Below the pieces are notes generated by a model. The model did not search any database and was not told the origin of the DNA. It was given only the letters and a program-made list of their open reading frames with translations. The position numbers were made by a program, and so were the translations under genes. A DNA stretch of 54,318 nucleotides, from positions 1 to 54,318 of the forward strand of contig JBBSIF010000001.1 of the NCBI GenBank assembly GCA_038232255.1, read 5' to 3'. The DNA comes from Propionibacteriales bacterium (GTDB taxonomy: Bacteria > Actinomycetota > Actinomycetes > Propionibacteriales > Nocardioidaceae). Positions 19,411 to 26,806 of this stretch are shown one piece after another (position 1 is the first letter of the stretch; the number at the start of each line of letters is the position of its first letter).

Positions 19411-20721
19411 ATGGCCGCCGGCCTCTCCGCCCTCACCACGCGTGGCCGAGCCTTCCTGTCGGCCGGCGCGGCCACCGGAGTGGCTGCTCTGCTGCTGGGC
19501 CAGTCCGGCCTGCTCCGGGTGGCTCTGCTGCTGCTCGTGCTCCCGCTCGCCACGGTGGCGATCGCCCAGCGCGCCCGATACCTGCTGACCAGCTCACGCC
19601 AGGTCGACCCGACCAGGGTCCAGGCCGGCCATCCTGTCACCGTCGAGCTCAAGCTGGACAACCCCGGCCGCACGCCGACCGGCCTCATGCTGCTCGAGGA
19701 CACCGTCCCCTACGTGCTGGGCAGCCGGCCACGGTTCGTCATCGACCAGCTAAGGCCGCGGTGGCACCGCGAGATGACGTACACGCTGCGCTCGGACGTG
19801 CGCGGTCGGTACACGCTTGGCCCGCTCAGCGTGCGGCTGTCGGACCCGTTCGGGTTCGTCGAGCTGTCGCGCTCCTTCCAGGCCCGCACGGCGCTCGTCG
19901 TGACGCCGGTCATCCACCCGCTCCCGACGACGTCGCTGTCGGGTGACTGGTCGGGCACCGGGGACAACCGTCCCCGGGCGTTCGCGGCCGCCGGGTCCGA
20001 GGACATCACGGTTCGCGAATACCGCCTCGGCGACGACCTGCGCCGCGTGCACTGGCGGTCGACCGCCCGCACGGACGAGCTGATGGTGCGCCGCGAGGAG
20101 CAGCCGCACCAGAGCCGCGTCACGATCCTGCTCGACACCCGCGCGGCCAGCCATCGCGGTTCGGGTCCGGCATCCTCCTTCGAGTACGCCGTGTCCGCGG
20201 CCGCGTCGATCGCCAGCCACCTCGCGAGCAACGCCTTCGTCGTCCGGATGCTGATGGACCGCGAAGGCGGCACGGACACCGGTTGGCACGACCGGGGGAT
20301 CAGCGCGCCCGCCGAGGTTCAGATGCTGCTCGAGTCGCTGGCCGTCGTCCAGCTGTCCGCAGGTGGGGAGTTCGACATCATCTCGTCGGACTACTCGGCG
20401 GGCCTGGTCGTGGCGATCCTCGGCGACACCACTCCGAGCGACATCGTGCGGCTCGCCAGCCTTCGGGCGGGCTCGACCCGTGCGCTGGCGCTGCTGCTGG
20501 ACGTGCCGGCGTGGTCCTCCTCGGAGCGGGCAGGCGGAGCGCGCGCCGTGCGAGCCGACGCCCAGGCCACGCTGATGCGCCAGCAGGGCTGGACTGCCCT
20601 GGTGGTCCGGCCCGGCGACGAGCTGGCCGAGGTCTGGAAGGACCTCGCCCGCTCCCGCCCCAGCGCGTCGCGGCCCGGACTCGACGCGCAGCTCGAGGAA
20701 CAGGCGGGGCCCGCCGCATGA
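19411..20721 (+). CDS. DUF58 domain-containing protein (MoxR partner)
   Basis: The ATG at 19411 lies 3 nt after the MoxR stop. The protein has N-terminal TM helices and the DUF58 signature EDITVREYRLGDDLRRVHWRSTARTDELMVRREEQ. The track fuses it into a spurious 837-aa ORF. Confidence 0.88.
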   Translation: MAAGLSALTTRGRAFLSAGAATGVAALLLGQSGLLRVALLLLVLPLATVAIAQRARYLLTSSRQVDPTRVQAGHPVTVELKLDNPGRTPTGLMLLEDTVPYVLGSRPRFVIDQLRPRWHREMTYTLRSDVRGRYTLGPLSVRLSDPFGFVELSRSFQARTALVVTPVIHPLPTTSLSGDWSGTGDNRPRAFAAAGSEDITVREYRLGDDLRRVHWRSTARTDELMVRREEQPHQSRVTILLDTRAASHRGSGPASSFEYAVSAAASIASHLASNAFVVRMLMDREGGTDTGWHDRGISAPAEVQMLLESLAVVQLSAGGEFDIISSDYSAGLVVAILGDTTPSDIVRLASLRAGSTRALALLLDVPAWSSSERAGGARAVRADAQATLMRQQGWTALVVRPGDELAEVWKDLARSRPSASRPGLDAQLEEQAGPAA

Positions 20722-23084
20722 CGCTGAGCCTCGCCCAACGCCACCTGCTCGCCGCACTCGGATGGCTGGCGACCGTGGCTACCTCCCTGAGCCTCTTCCC
20801 CGCGCTTGCGGAGAAGCGCTACTTCCTCATCGGCGCCGCCCTCAGCGCGCTCGTCGCCCTCCTCGGGATGGCGGGCAGGCAGCTCCACGTGCCGACCCTT
20901 GTCGTGCTGAGCGTCCAGGTCCTCGTCGTCGGTGACATCCTGCTCACGACGTACGGCGGACACACCTGGCGGGGACTCGTGCCGACGTCGGCGACGTTCT
21001 CCTCGGTGCGCGACGTCCTCTCCGCCGGGATGGACGTCGCCAACCGCTACGCCGCGCCGGTCCCGCACAGTCCGGGCCTCATGCTGATGACCGTCGGCTT
21101 CATCGCGTTCGTCGCCATCGCCGTCGACCAGCTCATCGCGGGGCTGGGCAGGCCTCCGCTGGCCGGTCTGGCGCTGCTCGCTCTGTACGCCGTGCCCGTG
21201 GCAGCGCTGCCCGACGGGGTCCCCGCGTGGTGCTTCGTCCCCGGCGCGGCCGCCTACCTGGCGCTGCTGATGGTCGCCGAGCACGAGCGGCTCGCGCACT
21301 GGGGACGGCACGTGGCGACGTCGTCGGTGCGCAACCACGTCGACACCATCGACACGTCGGCGCTCTCGTCGACAGGCCGGCGCATCTCCGCACTGGCGAT
21401 CACCACGGCCGTCATCGCGCCGCTCCTGGTCCCCGGCTTCTCGCGCACCCTCTTCCACGGCGAGAGCGGAATCGGGAACGGCACCGGGACGCTCAGCTTC
21501 AACGACCCCATGGTGAGCCTCGCGGAGAGCCTGCACCGCAAGGAGGCTCTCGACCTGATCCACGTCTCCAGCGAGCGGGAGCCGACGTACCTCCGCCTGG
21601 CCGTCCTCGACCAGCCGGGCGCGAACGCCTGGCGCAGCAGCGGGATCGACATCGACTCCACGCTGCCGACGAACGTGCTGCTGCCGCCTCCGACCGGGCT
21701 CTCGAGCGACGTCGACACGACGCCCGCGTCGCTGTCCCTGTCGCTGAGCCCGGACTTCCCGGGGAACTCGCCGTGGCTGCCGGTGCCGTTCGACCTCACG
21801 TCGATCAACGTGACCATGCGCGACGGAGGGTTCCCGGAGGACTTCGCCTACGTGCCGCGCGACCAGACGGTGACGGGTCGCACGACCGGAGCGGTGTCGC
21901 GTCTTGCCGGGTACACGGCGGCGTACAAGGTGGTGAGCCCGACACAGCTCCAGCTGGAGGGCGCGCCGGCACCACCGGCGAACATGGTGCAGGCCTACGC
22001 CAGAGTTCCGGTGGGCGTCCCGGACGTGGTGGCGCGAGTGGCGCGCGACGTCACGTTGGGGGCCGCCGACGACTACCAGCGCGCGCTGGACCTGCAGAGC
22101 TTCTTCCGGGACAGCTCGTCGTTCAGCTATGACCTTGACGCCGCCTATGGCTACGGCTACCGGGCCATGGCGCGCTTCCTCACCGCCCGTCGCGGCTACT
22201 GCCAGCACTTCGCCGCCACGATGGCGATGATGGCGCGCGAGCTGGGCATTCCGTCCCGTGTCGTGGTCGGCTTCCTCGACCCGAGCGCTCACGACAGCAA
22301 AGGCGACTTCGTCTTCACCTCTCACGACGCGCACGCGTGGCCGGAGCTGTTCTTCAGCGGCGTCGGATGGGTCCGGTTCGAGCCGACGCCCGGGAACGGA
22401 GCGCAGATCCCGGGCTACACGCGGATCGTGCCGGTGCGGAGGATCAACCCGACCCCGACGACGCCCACGACGACGGACGCGGGAGGCGGGCCGGGCAAGC
22501 TGCCCGACGAACAGCCCACCTCGACGAAGCCGACGGCCGCCGGCGCCAACGCGGGCGGGGGAGGTGGCTCCGGTGGGGTGCCGCCTCTCGGCTGGCTCGT
22601 CGTCGTCGTGCTGGGAGCAGCCGCGCTCGCTCCGGCCGCCGTGCGGGTGGCGCTGCGGCGGTCGCGGCTCGCCCGGGCGATCGACGGCGGGGCGTCGTGC
22701 GAGTACGCCTGGCTCGAGCTGCGCGACCGGGTCGTCGACCTGCGACTGCCGTGGTCCGGCGCGCTCACGCCGCGAGCACGTCAGCGCTTCGTGGAGCCGT
22801 TGCTCGGAGGGGACCCCGACGGTGTGGCGGCCCTCGACCGGCTCAGCATGACCGTCGAGCGGGCCCGCTATGCCGGCTCACCCGTGCCGGACGCCGACCC
22901 TCGCGGCGACGCCAGGGAGGTGATGGCGGCGATCACCCGCCAGCTCGACCGCGGTCAGCGGCTCAAGGCGTTCCTCTGGCCCGCGTCGCTGCTGCCGAGC
23001 CTGCGCACGAGCTGGGGACAGCTCGTCCAGCGGCGGTTCAGTAGTCGCGCCGACGCCGCCAGCGGTCTTCCATCCGGTTCATGA
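20718..23084 (+). CDS. Transglutaminase-domain membrane protein (TgpA-like)
   Basis: The start makes an ATGA overlap with the DUF58 stop. The protein has a polytopic N-terminus and the transglutaminase core GYCQHFAATMAMMARELGIPSRVVVGF...DAHAWPELFFSGVGWVRFEPTP, followed by a late TM helix and a DUF4129-like tail. Confidence 0.88.
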   Translation: MTLSLAQRHLLAALGWLATVATSLSLFPALAEKRYFLIGAALSALVALLGMAGRQLHVPTLVVLSVQVLVVGDILLTTYGGHTWRGLVPTSATFSSVRDVLSAGMDVANRYAAPVPHSPGLMLMTVGFIAFVAIAVDQLIAGLGRPPLAGLALLALYAVPVAALPDGVPAWCFVPGAAAYLALLMVAEHERLAHWGRHVATSSVRNHVDTIDTSALSSTGRRISALAITTAVIAPLLVPGFSRTLFHGESGIGNGTGTLSFNDPMVSLAESLHRKEALDLIHVSSEREPTYLRLAVLDQPGANAWRSSGIDIDSTLPTNVLLPPPTGLSSDVDTTPASLSLSLSPDFPGNSPWLPVPFDLTSINVTMRDGGFPEDFAYVPRDQTVTGRTTGAVSRLAGYTAAYKVVSPTQLQLEGAPAPPANMVQAYARVPVGVPDVVARVARDVTLGAADDYQRALDLQSFFRDSSSFSYDLDAAYGYGYRAMARFLTARRGYCQHFAATMAMMARELGIPSRVVVGFLDPSAHDSKGDFVFTSHDAHAWPELFFSGVGWVRFEPTPGNGAQIPGYTRIVPVRRINPTPTTPTTTDAGGGPGKLPDEQPTSTKPTAAGANAGGGGGSGGVPPLGWLVVVVLGAAALAPAAVRVALRRSRLARAIDGGASCEYAWLELRDRVVDLRLPWSGALTPRARQRFVEPLLGGDPDGVAALDRLSMTVERARYAGSPVPDADPRGDAREVMAAITRQLDRGQRLKAFLWPASLLPSLRTSWGQLVQRRFSSRADAASGLPSGS

Positions 23085-23430
23085 ACCCGGACGGCTGGGT
23101 CGACTGTCCGCTCTTGCCCTTGCCGATGGGATGCACGTTGCTCGGTAGGTCGGGGTCGCCGAGATGGCGCCAGTGGGTCACCGCGAGGTAGGCACAGGCC
23201 AGCATGACGACGAAGCCGCCAACAGCGACGAAGGGAACCGCCGTGACGGCTCCGGCCATGAGGATCACGATGCCGAGGACGAAACCGCAGGTGCTGAGGT
23301 AGGCGATGCGCTTGTGCCGGGTGCGCGAGGAAGAGCCGCGGATGGTCGAGACGAACTTCGGGTCCTCCGCAGCGAGCGCTTCCTCCATCTGCTCGAGCAG
23401 ACGCTGCTCTTCCTCAGAGAGCGGCATCAT
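23038..23430 (-). CDS. DUF3040 domain-containing membrane protein
   Basis: The N-terminus MPLSEEEQRLLEQMEEALAAEDPKF is the DUF3040 signature, followed by two TM helices. GGGAGGAA is the SD. The 3' end overlaps the convergent transglutaminase gene by 47 nt. Confidence 0.82.
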   Translation of the reverse strand: MMPLSEEEQRLLEQMEEALAAEDPKFVSTIRGSSSRTRHKRIAYLSTCGFVLGIVILMAGAVTAVPFVAVGGFVVMLACAYLAVTHWRHLGDPDLPSNVHPIGKGKSGQSTQPSGFMNRMEDRWRRRRDY

Positions 23431-23648
23431 TTCCTCCCGCCGACGAAACAGTGTGTCGGATGTCTCCTCAGTCTATGCGTCGCTCGGGGCGACCGAAACC
23501 CGGACAACCAAATTGGTCGTGATCGCGTCTTGTTTCGTGAGACGCTTCGTCGGTGCCCTCACGCCGCTGGTGGAAACCGGCCGTCGGGCCGTACGGCGAG
23601 GTTCTCGCATCCCGGGACCGGGAGCCGGAGACGACAGGTGGAGGGCGC

Positions 23649-24461
23649 ATGAGAAGAGTCTGGAAGACGACAGCGGCAGCGATCGGCACGTGCGCACTCG
23701 CGCTGTCGTCGTGGGGGCCGCCCGCTTCGGCGGCCGGGCGGAGCCATCAGGTGAGCGCCGTCGGCGCCGGTGCGGTGGCCGGAGCCGGTCGAGCAACCAA
23801 CCTCGGCGCACCGCTCACCGGGCTGAGTGCTCCGTGGGCACGTGAGGAGGTCCGCTACGGGGACCGGGACGTCTCGCCGTACGACATCCAGCACGTGCGG
23901 GAGCTCCAGTACCGGCTGAAGTGGGTCGGGCTGTTCCCTGCCACGCCGACGGGCTACTACGGCACGGCGACACGGGACGGGGTCAAGGCCTTCCAGGCAC
24001 GCCGGCACATCGTGGTGTCGGGGATGGCGACGACGCGGACCTGGCGCCTGCTCCTCCAGCGGACGGTGCGCCACCGGCTGTCGGTGCCGGCCGTCTGCAA
24101 GGGGAGCGGATGGCACGCCTGCTACGACAGGTCCATGCACCAGGTGACGCTGTGGCTCAACGGGTCGATCTACAACACCTGGCTCGTCCGCGGCGGTGGG
24201 TACACCACCCAGACGAGGGTCGGGACGCACCGCGTCTACTACCGCGACATCGACCATGTGTCGGGCCTGTACGGCAGCCCGATGCCGTACTCGCAGTTCT
24301 TCGACGGCGGCGAGGCGCTGCACGGGTCACGGCTGATGATGAGCCCCTTCGTCGACCACAGCCACGGGTGCGTCAACATGTACGTCGAGGACGCGCGCCA
24401 GCTGTGGAACCTCACCCACGACAAGACGCTCTGGGTGACGGTCTACGGCGCCTGGTCCTGA
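23649..24461 (+). CDS. L,D-transpeptidase (PG-binding domain plus YkuD domain)
   Basis: The ATG at 23649 follows GGTGGAGGG. The protein has a signal peptide (AAAIGTCALALSSWGPPASA), a PG_binding_1-like repeat (LQYRLKWVGLFP..TGYYGTATRDGVKAFQ) and the catalytic motif HGS..(12 aa)..HSHGCVNM. Confidence 0.88.
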   Translation: MRRVWKTTAAAIGTCALALSSWGPPASAAGRSHQVSAVGAGAVAGAGRATNLGAPLTGLSAPWAREEVRYGDRDVSPYDIQHVRELQYRLKWVGLFPATPTGYYGTATRDGVKAFQARRHIVVSGMATTRTWRLLLQRTVRHRLSVPAVCKGSGWHACYDRSMHQVTLWLNGSIYNTWLVRGGGYTTQTRVGTHRVYYRDIDHVSGLYGSPMPYSQFFDGGEALHGSRLMMSPFVDHSHGCVNMYVEDARQLWNLTHDKTLWVTVYGAWS

Positions 24462-24471
24462 CGGGAACCAT

Positions 24472-24515
24472 CCGAGACTTCCCGCCTCACTCTCCGAGAC
24501 TTCCCGCATCACGGC
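24472..24515 (+). repeat. 22-bp tandem repeat, 2 copies (locus A)
   Basis: Copies are CCGAGACTTCCCGCCTCACTCT and CCGAGACTTCCCGCATCACGGC, preceded by ACCAT. The array lies in the ldt/dinB convergent spacer, and copy 2 covers the dinB stop codon. It is about 82% identical per unit to the array inside dnaE2. Confidence 0.85.
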
Positions 24516-25714
24516 CGGGGGCCGGCGAGCAGGGCTGCCGGCAGCACCGCCTGGGAGCCGAAGCGGTAGGTCGCCTTGTCGACCGCCCGCTCGGCGTCCT
24601 CCCAGCCGTGCTCGCGGGCGCCCAGCAGCAGCTGTCGAGGCGCTGAGGCGGCGTCGACGAGACCCTGGACCCGGACACCCACCAGCCGCAGCCGCGCCCG
24701 CTGCAGGCCCAGTGCGCGAAACAGCCCGAGGGCCACGTCGTAGATCTCCGTGGTCAGGTTGGTGGCCTCGCGCAACGTGCGCGACCGGGTGATCGTGGTG
24801 AAGTCCGCGAACCGCACCTTCAGCACGACGGTGCGACCCGCCACGCCGGCGGTCCGCATCCGGGAGCCGACTTTCCCGGCGAGCCGCAGCAGCTCTCGCG
24901 CGACTACCGCTGGGTCGTCGGTGTCGCGGCTGAACGTCTCGTCGGCTCCGATGCTGTGGTCAGGCTCGTCCGGACCCCGCCGGGCGGTCACCGGGCGGTC
25001 CGAGCCACCCCAGGCAAGCGCATGCAACCGGGTGCCGAGCAGCGGCCCGAGTGCCCGCTGCACAGTGCCGACCGGGGTGTGCGCGAGGTCGCCGACGGTG
25101 CGCAGCCCCAGCCGGTGGAGCTGCTCGGCGGTCTTCTCCCCGACCCCCCACAGCTCGTCGACGGCCAACGGATGCAGGAACGCCGTCACCTCCGACGGCG
25201 GCACGACGACGAGCCCATCGGGCTTCGCCCGCCGGGAGGCGAGCTTGGCGAGCTGGGTGGTCGTGGAGATCCCTACCGAGCAGGTGATGCGCTGCTCGTC
25301 GGCGATCCGAGCCCGCAGGTGGTCACCGACGGCGACGGCGGACGGGAACCGGCGCAGCGAGCCCGTGATGTCGAGGAACGCCTCGTCCATCGACAGTGCC
25401 TCCACCAGCGGGGTGACGCTGCGGAACGTCTCCATGACGGCGGCGGAGACGGCGCTCAGCTCGTCGTAGTCGGGGCGGACCACCACTGCCTGCGGACACA
25501 TCCGCCGGGCGCGGGTCATCGACATCGCCGAGGAGATGCCGAACTGGCGGGCGGCGTACGACGCCGACAGCACCACTCCTCGGCTGCCGCCGCCGACGAC
25601 GACCGGCAGTCCCTGCAGCTCAGGTCTGTCCCGGATCGCCACGCAGGCGTAGAACGCGTCCATGTCGACGTGCAGGATGCTGCACCCGGCGTCGTCGTAC
25701 GCCGTCGCCGTCAT
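24509..25714 (-). CDS. dinB: DNA polymerase IV (DinB, Y-family)
   Basis: The catalytic motifs are intact (ILHVDMDAFYACV, SASYAARQFGISSAM, LSMDEAFLDI). A possible clamp-binding-like QLLLG lies near the C-terminus. The start is the ATG at 25714 or the ATG at 25729. Confidence 0.92.
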   Translation of the reverse strand: MTATAYDDAGCSILHVDMDAFYACVAIRDRPELQGLPVVVGGGSRGVVLSASYAARQFGISSAMSMTRARRMCPQAVVVRPDYDELSAVSAAVMETFRSVTPLVEALSMDEAFLDITGSLRRFPSAVAVGDHLRARIADEQRITCSVGISTTTQLAKLASRRAKPDGLVVVPPSEVTAFLHPLAVDELWGVGEKTAEQLHRLGLRTVGDLAHTPVGTVQRALGPLLGTRLHALAWGGSDRPVTARRGPDEPDHSIGADETFSRDTDDPAVVARELLRLAGKVGSRMRTAGVAGRTVVLKVRFADFTTITRSRTLREATNLTTEIYDVALGLFRALGLQRARLRLVGVRVQGLVDAASAPRQLLLGAREHGWEDAERAVDKATYRFGSQAVLPAALLAGPRP

Positions 25715-25849
25715 GCCGGACCGATCCATGCCAGGCCGAACCGCCGCTGCGCGCAACCGATCTTGAGGGGTTGAGGTCGCTCTGACTGCCCCCATCCCTC
25801 ATCATCGGTCCAGCGCTGCCCAAAGACCTCAGGACTGAGACCCTCAGGA

Positions 25850-26638
25850 TCAGAGGTCGCGGCGTGCGAGCAGGTGCAGCTGGGTCGCCAGCGGCAGGAA
25901 GTCGCCGTTCCCGCAGACCGCGGCATCCAGCTCAGCCAGCAGGCTCGCCGCCCGCGGCTGCCCGTCGACGACGTGGCTGCTGATGTGGTCGCTGAACACC
26001 CGCACTCCTCGCACGCTCTCCACGGTGCAGCCGGCTGCCGCCACCAGCTCCTCGAGCTGGCGCCGGGTGAACCTCCTCGGCGCCGTGGCGCTGCCGGACC
26101 GCAGCATCGCCGCCGCCTCGTCGATGCGCCCCGCCAGGATCCGGGCAAGGACAGCTCCGGACTGCTGCGTCGCCAGCACGCTGAGGAAGCCGCCGGGGCG
26201 CAGGACGGCGGCGGCGGCGTGCAGCGCCTGCACGGGCTCGTCGACCACCTCCAGAACCCCATGGCAGACGACTCCGTCGGCGCCCGCCGTACCCACCAGC
26301 TGCGCCAGCGTGGCGGCATCCCCGAGGACTCCTCGCACCCGCGTCGAGGCCCCGGCCTCTGCCGCGCGGCGCTCCAATGCGGCGAGGGCGTCCGGGCTCG
26401 GGTCGACGACGGTGACGCGGTGACCGAGCTCCGCGACGGCGACGGCGAGACCTCCGGTGCCGCCGCCCAGGTCGACGACGTGCAGCGGCTCCCCGGACTC
26501 GACTGACGTGCCCGGCTCGACTGACCGGCCGGGGGCGACTGACGCGCCGGGGTCGACTGAGCGGCCGGGCTCGAGCGCGGCGCGCAGGGCGTTCCACACG
26601 ATCTCGGCTGGCAGGATGCTGGGCAGGGACACTCCCAT
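25850..26638 (-). CDS. Class I SAM-dependent methyltransferase
   Basis: The ATG at 26638 has GGAGGAG 9 nt upstream. SAM motif I is VVDLGGGTGGLAVAV, followed by post-I VVDPS and LRPGGFL. The N-terminal region carries a PGxSVx hexapeptide repeat. Confidence 0.85.
   Translation of the reverse strand: MGVSLPSILPAEIVWNALRAALEPGRSVDPGASVAPGRSVEPGTSVESGEPLHVVDLGGGTGGLAVAVAELGHRVTVVDPSPDALAALERRAAEAGASTRVRGVLGDAATLAQLVGTAGADGVVCHGVLEVVDEPVQALHAAAAVLRPGGFLSVLATQQSGAVLARILAGRIDEAAAMLRSGSATAPRRFTRRQLEELVAAAGCTVESVRGVRVFSDHISSHVVDGQPRAASLLAELDAAVCGNGDFLPLATQLHLLARRDL
26500..26575. repeat. 18-bp in-frame tandem repeat (about 4 copies) inside the methyltransferase
   Basis: CGACTGA recurs at 26500, 26518, 26536 and 26554, with a degenerate fifth unit at 26572. 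The repeat encodes PGRSVD-PGASVA-PGRSVE-PGTSVE. Confidence 0.85.
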
Positions 26639-26722
26639 GAGCCGACTCCTCCACGAAGCGGGTCGCAAGCGGCCCGGTCCTTCCACCACCCTAGAGTCTC
26701 GCCGCCCGCCTCCCCCGCTGCG

Positions 26723-26778
26723 AATTGCGGGGAACTGGCTGTCGACACGCCGACCGAGCGGACCACTTTCCCGCAATT
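26723..26778 (-). terminator. Intercistronic stem-loop between dnaE2 and the methyltransferase
   Basis: 26723-26734 pairs with 26767-26778. That is 12 bp on the plus strand and 11 bp plus one mismatch on the transcribed strand, with a 32-nt loop. Both arms contain an AATTGCGGG core. It starts about 30 nt after the dnaE2 stop and has no U-tract. Confidence 0.3.
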
Positions 26779-26806
26779 GCGAGGGAGCTGCGCTGGCGGT
26801 CGCACG

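Noticed and set aside
18208-20721. 837-aa ORF spanning the mraZ/moxR intergenic region, moxR (out of frame) and the DUF58 gene.
   Set aside because: Only the last 436 codons (from the ATG at 19411, 3 nt after the MoxR stop) show DUF58 homology. The upstream part overlaps the true MoxR frame.
23431-23648. Possible c-di-AMP (ydaO-type) riboswitch upstream of the L,D-transpeptidase. Several hairpins and alternative pairings are present, for example 23440-23447 with 23546-23553.
   Set aside because: The conserved ydaO core elements I remember (GGGGACCCA, GGGGUGAAUC, CCGAACCCG.CAGCUAACC) are absent. A CCGAAACCCGGACAACC stretch is only a weak resemblance and is in the wrong position. Short pairings are common by chance in GC-rich DNA.
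24509-25714. The Y-family polymerase as ImuB, which would complete a canonical imuB-dnaE2 cassette.
   Set aside because: It retains the catalytic acidic residues and motifs of an active DinB (DMDAFYA, SMDEAFLD), whereas ImuB proteins lack them. It is also downstream of dnaE2 rather than upstream.
25827-25849. Direct repeat CCTCAGGA x2 (15-nt period) between the methyltransferase stop and the dinB start, considered as a possible dinB operator.
   Set aside because: Only two 8-mers are present, with no palindromic or SOS-box character. This is too little evidence to call a site.
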